IMG/VR virus record: IMGVR_UViG_3300030503_000573
Location: 1-64,000 of that record
DNA from: a virus
Direction: 5' to 3' (one strand)
Length of the DNA stretch: 64,000 nt
Shown: one piece after another, positions 45,385 to 52,550 of the stretch
Position numbering within the stretch: position 1 is the stretch's first letter
Layout of the letters: each line of letters begins with the position of its first letter
Notes under the pieces: model-generated
The model's input: only the letters and a program-made list of their open reading frames with translations
Database searches by the model: none
What the model was told of the DNA's origin: nothing
Translations under genes and position numbers: made by a program

Positions 45385-46373
45385 TGGACGTCGGCCCGCT
45401 GGTCGCCTGGGTGAATGAGCGCGAGGCGGTGCGGCTTAGGAAGGCTATCATTGCTGCTGGCGTTGACAGCTGGGGCCTAGAAGCCGGCTCCCTCACTCGT
45501 GATGTCTGGGGCGAGCATCCCAGAGACTACTGGCAGCTGGGTCACCTCACCGACGACCCCATCCTTCAGCAGTTCAAGTTCTGCAACGTCCGCCGCGAAG
45601 ACGACCGGGTGACTGTCTGGGTTCGCGAGCACATCAGGGAGCCGTATGCCGACCAGCAGCACCTGTGGCTCATGCTGGCCATCGCGAGGACGATCAACTG
45701 GCCCCCGGCGCTGCTGGAGCTGATCAGGGGCGGAGCCGAGGGCGTGTCCTCGTTCCCCAACATGCAGGACTTCGATCCGCGCTGCATGGCCCAGGTGCTG
45801 GAGGCGCGGCGGGCGCGTGGCGAGAAGGTCGAGACCGGCGCGTACATGATCAGGGCGGAGAGCCGGAAGGACAAGCCCTGGTACAGCTGGTCGAAGCAGC
45901 GGTATATCGCAGAGATCGTGATTGGCCATCTCTGGTACATGCGGGCCAGCTGGAAGCATGACTTTGAAAAGAAGAAGCTGACTACGCTGGAGCGCACCTG
46001 GGAAATTTTCCAGGAATATGACGGCTGGGGCCCATTCATGGCCTTCCAGGTCATCGTCGACCTCGCACACACCCGCTACCTGCGAGACGCGCCCGACCGC
46101 TCTAGCTGGGCCGCGCTCGGGCCCGGCTCGCGCCGGGGGCTGAACCGGCTGTACGGCCGGCCGGTGACAACTGGGCTGACGCAGGCCCAGGGTCTGGAGG
46201 AGATGCGAGAGGTCCAGGCGGCGGTGAACGCGCCGGGCGTGCTGGCGCCGTGGGTCGAGAAGATCGCGCTGAGCGACATACAGAACTGCTTGTGCGAGAC
46301 GGATAAATACCTCAGGGTAAGGAACGGCGAGGGTCGGCCGAGGGCCCTCTACAAGCCATGGAGTGGGTGGTGA
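45384..46373 (+). CDS. aGPT-Pplase clade 1-like DNA modification protein
   Basis: ERE, TDDPILQQFKFCNVRREDDRVT, GPFMAFQ...D, GPGSRRGL, IQNCLCETDKY. Confidence 0.85.
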   Translation: MDVGPLVAWVNEREAVRLRKAIIAAGVDSWGLEAGSLTRDVWGEHPRDYWQLGHLTDDPILQQFKFCNVRREDDRVTVWVREHIREPYADQQHLWLMLAIARTINWPPALLELIRGGAEGVSSFPNMQDFDPRCMAQVLEARRARGEKVETGAYMIRAESRKDKPWYSWSKQRYIAEIVIGHLWYMRASWKHDFEKKKLTTLERTWEIFQEYDGWGPFMAFQVIVDLAHTRYLRDAPDRSSWAALGPGSRRGLNRLYGRPVTTGLTQAQGLEEMREVQAAVNAPGVLAPWVEKIALSDIQNCLCETDKYLRVRNGEGRPRALYKPWSGW

Positions 46374-46597
46374 GCATGATCAATCGGATCAACCAGCTTA
46401 TGGTGCGAACCCGATGCTTTGCTGGCCTCCACCCTCGGGTAATCTCTGGTCGAGGGATGTGGGGCGACGCTGGCACCTGCCTGGTATGCGGAGCCGACGG
46501 CTATGGCCTCAAGGGCCTTCACAACACAGACCTCGCCGATGCAAGCGAAGATGACCGAGAGCGCCTGAGGGTGCTGGACGAGCAGAGGACGGCCTGA
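46370..46597 (+). CDS. Hypothetical Cys/His small protein
   Basis: CFAGLH...CLVCG; coupled to neighbours. Confidence 0.5.
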   Translation: MSMINRINQLMVRTRCFAGLHPRVISGRGMWGDAGTCLVCGADGYGLKGLHNTDLADASEDDRERLRVLDEQRTA

Positions 46598-47685
46598 TGC
46601 ACACCATCCACGCCCGCAACGTCAACGACGCCCTACACGCCGGCCTGATGCTGGTCCACAGCCACGGCATCCCGGAGACGAGCCGCAATGGTCCGGTCCT
46701 CCGCGTGCCCGAGCCGGTGGCCACCGTGTACGCCCGGCCGTGCGAGCGCGTGCTGATCCAGCCGTGGCGCGACGCCAACCCGTTCTTCCACCTCGTCGAG
46801 GCCTTCTGGATGCTCGCCGGGCGCGACGACCTGCGGCAGCTGACGCCCTACGTGTCCCGCATGAGGGAGTTCTCCGACGACGGCGGGGTGACGCAGCCCG
46901 GGGCGTACGGGAAGCGGTGGCGCGATCACGTCAAGAGCCCTTTCCTGGGCGGCATCGACCAGCTCAGCTGGGTAGCCGGGAGGCTTAGAGAGGACCCCAG
47001 CGACCGGCGCTGCGTCATTCAGATGTGGGACGCCAGCGTGGACATCCACAAAGCGTCCATCGGTGGCAACGACGCCCCGTGCAACCTCACGGCCACGCCC
47101 TACGTCGCGGCCGGCGCGCTCCACCTCGCGGTGTTCTGCCGCTCCAATGACATCATCTGGGGCGCATACGGCGCCAACGCGGTGCACTTCTCGGTGCTGC
47201 TGGAGTACCTGGCGGCGCGGGTTGGGGTGCCGGTCGGGACATACACGCAGGTGAGCATCAACTACCATGCCTACCTCAGCACCTTCCCCAAGGTCATGCC
47301 GGTCGAGGCGGCGCAGCCGTACAGCGTGAGCGGATTTGACGCCCTTCAACCCATACCTATGTTTTCAGAATGGTTGGTCGGCGGCGAAGATCGGGAATGC
47401 GAGCGCATCTTCCAGGAGGACCTCAGGGTCTTCTTCGAGGAGGGCCCCTTCGCCTACGCCACCGCCGGGCGCATTCCCTTCATGCGCCGGGTGCTGGTGC
47501 CTATGTGCCTGGCCCACCAGCACTGGCGCACGAAGAAGGGCGAGGACCGCTACCTCGGCGCGCTGGAGATTCTGCGCAGCTGCGCCGCGCCGGACTGGCG
47601 CCGGGCCGCCGAGGAGTGGGTTGGCCGCCGGTACGACAGGTGGAAGCTCGCCGCAGACGACGGAGCCCACGATGCTGAGGGATAG
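46597..47685 (+). CDS. Thymidylate synthase homolog, probable dUMP hydroxymethylase
   Basis: SRNG, RDANPFFH, PCN catalytic Cys, RSNDIIWG...NAVHFS (Asn = dUMP specificity), NYHAY, C-terminal DWRRAAEEW; context. Confidence 0.85.
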   Translation: MHTIHARNVNDALHAGLMLVHSHGIPETSRNGPVLRVPEPVATVYARPCERVLIQPWRDANPFFHLVEAFWMLAGRDDLRQLTPYVSRMREFSDDGGVTQPGAYGKRWRDHVKSPFLGGIDQLSWVAGRLREDPSDRRCVIQMWDASVDIHKASIGGNDAPCNLTATPYVAAGALHLAVFCRSNDIIWGAYGANAVHFSVLLEYLAARVGVPVGTYTQVSINYHAYLSTFPKVMPVEAAQPYSVSGFDALQPIPMFSEWLVGGEDRECERIFQEDLRVFFEEGPFAYATAGRIPFMRRVLVPMCLAHQHWRTKKGEDRYLGALEILRSCAAPDWRRAAEEWVGRRYDRWKLAADDGAHDAEG

Positions 47686-47842
47686 CGAAGCCCACCAGGA
47701 GTTCGTGCGTCGCCACGCCATCTTCATGGAGCAGATCAAGCGCGCCGAGCGCCGGCGCTACCTGAGCCGGATGTTCTTTGGCGGGCTGATCTGGGGCCTG
47801 GGCTTCGCCCTCGGCCTCGCTGCGGCCCGCATTCTTCACTAG
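47672..47842 (+). CDS. Small membrane protein
   Basis: C-terminal TM helix; GGAG RBS. Confidence 0.45.
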   Translation: MLRDSEAHQEFVRRHAIFMEQIKRAERRRYLSRMFFGGLIWGLGFALGLAAARILH

Positions 47843-47854
47843 GGACCATAGGAA

Positions 47855-48454
47855 ATGCCCAAGCTCTTTGACCGCGTCAGGCTCGCCCGCGAGGGGGCGG
47901 CCGTCGAGCGCGCCCACCAGCACCCCCACCTGCAGCGCTACTCGGTCGGGCACCACTCGCTCGATGTGGTCACGCTGGTGGTGCTGTGCTGGAAGCACGA
48001 CCACGGCGGCGAGCTCCCCCGGGCCGAGCTGCTCGTGGCAGCGGCCTTTCACGACGTTGCCGAGCGCGTCACCGGCGACCTGCCAAGTCCCATCAAGGAC
48101 CGCTGCCGCGATGCCCTGGGCGAGATCGAGAAGGAGGTGGACCGCTACCTCGGGGTGGACGTCGGGCTGCGGGAGGACGAGCAGTGGTACCTCAAGAGCT
48201 GCGACAAGCTGGAGCTGTACCTGTGGGCCCACGAGGAGGCCAGCCGGGGCAATTGCCGCTTCCTGGGCTGGTGCCGGGTGTACGAGCAGAACTGGCAGTA
48301 TGAGCCGCCGCCTGAGTCCGTCAAGCGCATCGTCGAGGCTGTCGACCACGCGGGCCACATACCTGTTCTGCCGGGCGACCCGACCGACATGATCAGGCTC
48401 GGGCTCGCCAACATGGCCGCCGAGCAGCGCTCGGGAGTGCGCACCGATGGATGA
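47855..48454 (+). CDS. HD-domain 5'-deoxynucleotidase (YfbR-like)
   Basis: YSVGHHS, FHDVAE..TGDLPSPIK, CDKLE. Confidence 0.85.
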   Translation: MPKLFDRVRLAREGAAVERAHQHPHLQRYSVGHHSLDVVTLVVLCWKHDHGGELPRAELLVAAAFHDVAERVTGDLPSPIKDRCRDALGEIEKEVDRYLGVDVGLREDEQWYLKSCDKLELYLWAHEEASRGNCRFLGWCRVYEQNWQYEPPPESVKRIVEAVDHAGHIPVLPGDPTDMIRLGLANMAAEQRSGVRTDG

Positions 48455-48842
48455 GCGCATCGAGGCGCGGCAGTACGGGGGCGACCACTACCGAGGCACG
48501 ATCAAGCACTGGGACATCTGCGAGAGGTGGGACGTGCCCTACCTGGAGGGCAACGCCACCAAGTACATCGAACGCTACGACCGCAAGGGCTCGCCCGTTG
48601 CCGACCTCACGAAGGCCGGCTCCTACCTGGCCAAGGCCATCGAGACGCGCGGCCGGCCCAGGCGCATAGTGCCGGAGGCCGAGGTGCTGCGCTGGGCGAT
48701 AGGCGCACAGCTGGATGGCTGGAAGCTCCACATGATGCGCCTGATCCTGTGTGAGGGCCGAGACGAGAGCCTGAGTGTGGCGCTCGACTTTCTCCACGGT
48801 CGGCTGGCCATGCTGGAGCGAGAGCGGCCAGCCGAAGCATGA
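48447..48842 (+). CDS. DUF3310 / T7 gp1.7-like nucleotide kinase family protein
   Basis: QYGGDHY, YLEGNATKY..R..RKG...DL.KA..YL. Confidence 0.75.
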   Translation: MDERIEARQYGGDHYRGTIKHWDICERWDVPYLEGNATKYIERYDRKGSPVADLTKAGSYLAKAIETRGRPRRIVPEAEVLRWAIGAQLDGWKLHMMRLILCEGRDESLSVALDFLHGRLAMLERERPAEA

Positions 48843-49174
48843 GCCCCCACTCCCCCCAGCAGTGCGCCCTTGACGTCATCGCGGCCTTCGGCGGCGCGAC
48901 GCTGGCCCAGGTCATGGGCCGCACCCGGGGGCCCGCCCCGGTGTGCCTGCGGCGGTGGCTCGCGCAGTGGGTGTGGTGGCGCATCAGGGGCGGCGACGGC
49001 GTGAACCTGCTGAGCGGCCCGAGCTACGCCGCGACCGGCCGGGCCTGGGGCCGGCACCACGTCACCATCATGGGGGCGAGGGCGAAGACCCGCGACTACC
49101 TCGCGGGGCACCCCGAGGTGGCCGCTGAGGTCGAGCGCATAATCAGCTGGAAGACGGGGCAGCGCCCTGCATGA
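48839..49174 (+). CDS. Stand-alone DnaA domain IV-like HTH protein
   Basis: VMGRTR...RRW...SYAATGRAWGRHHVTIM resembles SLPEIG..FGRDHTTV. Confidence 0.6.
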   Translation: MSPHSPQQCALDVIAAFGGATLAQVMGRTRGPAPVCLRRWLAQWVWWRIRGGDGVNLLSGPSYAATGRAWGRHHVTIMGARAKTRDYLAGHPEVAAEVERIISWKTGQRPA

Positions 49175-51120
49175 GCCAGCTCCAGGCCACGCTGTTCCCC
49201 CCGGAGAGCGCCTGGAGGCCGCCCCGCCTGGGCCACCTGCCCCAGGACTGGTCGATGTTCCCCCGCATCGGCCTCGACACCGAGACCGAGGACCGCTACC
49301 TCAAGACCCTCGGGCCCGGGGTGAGGCGCGGCGGCCGCATCGTCGGGGTCTCACTGTGCTTCCCGGGACTCCGCAGCTGGTACCTACCCATCGGCCACGC
49401 GGGCGGCGACAACATGGAGGACGCGGACCGGGTGCTGGAGTACCTCCGCGCCTGCGCGAAGGGCTACACCGGCGAGGTCGTCGGGGCGAACCTCAGCTAC
49501 GATGTCGACTACCTCGCCGAGGCCGGCGTGGACCTGACCCACGCCCAGCTGCTGGACATCCAGGTGGCCGAACCCCTCATCGACGAGCTGCAGTGGAGCT
49601 ACTCGCTGGAGAGCATCGCGCAGCGACACGGGCTGGGTGGCAAGGAAGAGGGGCTGCTGAGGGAGGCTGCCGAAGCATACCGCGTCGACCCCAAGGCTGG
49701 CCTCCACCTGCTGCCGGCCCGCTACGTCGGTCCCTACGCTGAGGAGGATGCGGCCCTCCCGCTCCGCATACTTGAGCGGCAGGAGGCCATCATCGAGGAG
49801 CGCGGCCTGGGCCCCATCTGGGCCCTGGAGAAGCGGGTCACCCCGGCCCTCATCGCCATGCGCCGCCGGGGCGTCGCCATCGACCACGACGCGCTGTCCA
49901 AGGTCGAGCGGTACTCACTGGCCGAGGAGAGCAAGGCCTGGGCCACGCTGCAGCGCGAGACCGGCGTAGCCGTGAAGGTCGGTGACGCCATGAAGGCCGA
50001 CGTGGTAGCAGCGGCCATAAGGCCGGCCGGGCTGATCCCGCCGAAGACCGCGACCGGCAAGCCGTCCATCACCAAGCAGTGGCTCGACGCCCTCAAGCAC
50101 CCGGTCGCCGAGGCCGTGCGCCGGGCCCGCAAGATGAGCCAGCTGCGCACCACCTTCGTCGCCTCGGTGCGCGAGCACGAGGTGCGGGGCCGCGTTCACT
50201 GCACGTTCAACCAGGTCGTCACCTCAGACGAGGAGGACAAGACCGTCGGTGGGCGCTATGGCCGCCTGAGCTGCTGCGACCCAAACCTCCAGCAGCAGCC
50301 GGCGCGAGACCCGGAGATCGGCCCGATGTGGCGCTCCGTGTACGTGCCGGACCACGGGTGCGAGTGGGGCTCGCTCGACTACTCCCAGCAGGAGCCGGGC
50401 CTCGCCATCCACTTCGCGGTCGCGGCCGGCCCGGACCTCATAGGCGAGCGGGGCTACGAGAGCGCCGTGGCGGCCATGGAGGCCAAGTGGCGCGACCCGA
50501 GCCTGGACTACCACACCAACTTCACCGCCATGGTGCACGGCGAGTACGTCTTCGGCCTGGACAAGAAGGCCCTCAAGCTGCTGCGCGATCCGTGCAAGAA
50601 CATCTTCCTCGGCATCTGCTACGGCGAGGGCGGCCCCAAGCTGTGCCGCGACCTGGGCTACCCCACGCAGATCATCGAGGACCACCACGGCCGCAAGCGC
50701 GAGGTCGCGGGCCCAGAGGGGCAGGCGCTGCTCGACCTCGTGGATGCCCGCGTGCCGTACGTGCGGAAGATTTCAGCGGCGGTCGAGCGGGTGGCCAAGG
50801 AGCGCGGCTTCATCGTCACCGGCGGGGGCCGCCAACTCCACTTCCCGACCGACCAGTGGGGCAACTACGACTGGACCTGGAAGGCGTTCAACCGCCTCAT
50901 CCAGGGCACAGCTGCCGACCAGATGAAGACAGCGACCGCCGTGCTGCACGAGGCCGGCGTGCCCCTGCAGCTCCAGGTCCACGACGAGCTGGACCTGAGC
51001 CTGGCCGGGGGCCGGCCCGAGGGCGAGCGCTACGCCCGGGAGATGGTTGAGTGCTTCCCGCTCCGGGTGCCGGTGCGGGTCGACGTCGAGGTGGGCCCGA
51101 GCTGGGGGAAGATCGCTTGA
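49171..51120 (+). CDS. polA: DNA polymerase family A with 3'-5' exonuclease domain
   Basis: LDTET, NLSYD, YAEED; GRLSCCDPNLQQ, LDYSQQE, K...LG..YG, IQGTAAD, VHDE. Confidence 0.95.
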   Translation: MSQLQATLFPPESAWRPPRLGHLPQDWSMFPRIGLDTETEDRYLKTLGPGVRRGGRIVGVSLCFPGLRSWYLPIGHAGGDNMEDADRVLEYLRACAKGYTGEVVGANLSYDVDYLAEAGVDLTHAQLLDIQVAEPLIDELQWSYSLESIAQRHGLGGKEEGLLREAAEAYRVDPKAGLHLLPARYVGPYAEEDAALPLRILERQEAIIEERGLGPIWALEKRVTPALIAMRRRGVAIDHDALSKVERYSLAEESKAWATLQRETGVAVKVGDAMKADVVAAAIRPAGLIPPKTATGKPSITKQWLDALKHPVAEAVRRARKMSQLRTTFVASVREHEVRGRVHCTFNQVVTSDEEDKTVGGRYGRLSCCDPNLQQQPARDPEIGPMWRSVYVPDHGCEWGSLDYSQQEPGLAIHFAVAAGPDLIGERGYESAVAAMEAKWRDPSLDYHTNFTAMVHGEYVFGLDKKALKLLRDPCKNIFLGICYGEGGPKLCRDLGYPTQIIEDHHGRKREVAGPEGQALLDLVDARVPYVRKISAAVERVAKERGFIVTGGGRQLHFPTDQWGNYDWTWKAFNRLIQGTAADQMKTATAVLHEAGVPLQLQVHDELDLSLAGGRPEGERYAREMVECFPLRVPVRVDVEVGPSWGKIA

Positions 51121-51175
51121 TGCATCAGAAGCACCCACTAGCGCTGCGCCGCGCGGGCCCGCTAAGGTGGCACTC

Positions 51176-51454
51176 ATGACCTCCGTCAAGAGCTGGGCCA
51201 ACGGGGCTGAACCGGGCGAACGCATCGTCTACCGCCAGAGCTGGATTGGCGAAGAACACAACCCCATCACGATGGAGGAGCGCCAGGCCATGGCTGATGC
51301 GATGGCGGCCCACACAGCCGCCCTCGTCTTCCTCGCGCAGCGCCGGCTGCCGAACAAGACGCTGTACGAGGCCACCCGAATCTCGCTGCGCACCGCGCAG
51401 GCGCTCGGCCTCGCGCCGAAGCCGGAGCGCCGCCACGCGGCGATGCGCGCATGA
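51176..51454 (+). CDS. Hypothetical protein
   Basis: AEPGERIVY...LVFLAQRR...YEATR small conserved phage protein; coupled to dcd. Confidence 0.55.
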   Translation: MTSVKSWANGAEPGERIVYRQSWIGEEHNPITMEERQAMADAMAAHTAALVFLAQRRLPNKTLYEATRISLRTAQALGLAPKPERRHAAMRA

Positions 51455-51939
51455 TACTCGGGGCCTGGGAGATCAGCAGCCGGGCCCTCCTGTGGCCCTG
51501 CCAGCCCCGCTGCGAGGTCGAGCACACCGAGGGCCGCCGGGTGAGCCACGGCCTCGGGCCGGCCGGGTACGACCTCCAGCTGGACCTGACGTCGCACCCT
51601 GACGCTCAGGACGGCGGCACACGCCACCTGTTCATCTCGCCGGGCTCATTCCTGCTCGCGTCGACCGTCGAGTGCTTCAACATGCCGGCCGATGTCATAG
51701 GCATCGTCCACGACAAGTCGAGCTGGGCGCGCCAGGGCCTGTGCGTCCAGAACACAGTCATCGAGCCGGGCTGGCGCGGCTACCTGACCCTGGAGCTGAC
51801 GAACCACTCGCGCCACGTCATCCGCCTGGAGCACGGCCTCGGCATCGCCCAGGTGGTGTTCCACGAGGTGCTCAACCCTGGCGAGGCATACAGCGGCAAG
51901 TACCAGGACCAGGAACCCGGCCCACAGGCGGCGCGGTGA
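51451..51939 (+). CDS. dcd: dCTP deaminase
   Basis: GYDL, KSSWARQGL, IEPGWRGYLTLEL, YSGKYQDQ. Confidence 0.9.
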   Translation: MILGAWEISSRALLWPCQPRCEVEHTEGRRVSHGLGPAGYDLQLDLTSHPDAQDGGTRHLFISPGSFLLASTVECFNMPADVIGIVHDKSSWARQGLCVQNTVIEPGWRGYLTLELTNHSRHVIRLEHGLGIAQVVFHEVLNPGEAYSGKYQDQEPGPQAAR

Positions 51940-52535
51940 TGGAGCGGCGCGAGGCGGCCTTCTGGGAGCGCGTCAGGCCGAGGCTGCTGAGCCTGGACCC
52001 CATCAGGGTGGAGAACGTGCTGGGCAACAGCTTCCCTGACGTCGACTACTCCCACGGCCTCATTGAGCTGAAGTACGTCGAGGACTGGGGCAAGCGCCGG
52101 CAGGCGGCCCACGTCGACTACGAGTTTGGCCAGGCGGCCGTGCTGGTGCGCCGGTGGCGGGCCGGGGGCCTGAGCTGGGTGCTGGTGGGCATCGGAGAGG
52201 AGGTCTTCCTCGTCTCGGGGTTCGACGCCGCAACCGTCGGAGCCCCGCTCCTGCGGGAGGAGTGGCTCGACCTGGCCTGCTGGCACACCGTGTGGCCGCC
52301 GACCGCCGCCGACCACGAGCGGCTGCTCGCGTGGCTGCGAGGGCGCTTCGGGCGGCTCTCGCTCGCCGACCAGGCCCTGCTGACGCGGCTGCGGTGCCTG
52401 ACGCGCCGTGAGGCGGCGGCCTGCTCCATAGCAAATGCGAGCGGCGAGCGCTGGAGCGTAGAGCGCGTCACAGCGGCAGAGAAGGGCCGCAGCGACACCG
52501 ACGCGGCCAAGCTGCTGGACTACTTCAACACCTGA
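51939..52535 (+). CDS. PD-(D/E)XK nuclease (VRR-NUC/resolvase-like) with C-terminal HTH
   Basis: E..FW, RVEN...FPDV...IELK, Q...R..AGG. Confidence 0.7.
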   Translation: MERREAAFWERVRPRLLSLDPIRVENVLGNSFPDVDYSHGLIELKYVEDWGKRRQAAHVDYEFGQAAVLVRRWRAGGLSWVLVGIGEEVFLVSGFDAATVGAPLLREEWLDLACWHTVWPPTAADHERLLAWLRGRFGRLSLADQALLTRLRCLTRREAAACSIANASGERWSVERVTAAEKGRSDTDAAKLLDYFNT

Positions 52536-52550
52536 GGGGGACCGCCGGGG

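Noticed and set aside
46597-47685. Canonical thyA or dCMP hydroxymethylase
   Set aside because: Asn at the specificity position argues against dCMP; extended C-terminus and kinase/transferase context favour dUMP hydroxymethylase, though thyA activity is not formally excluded
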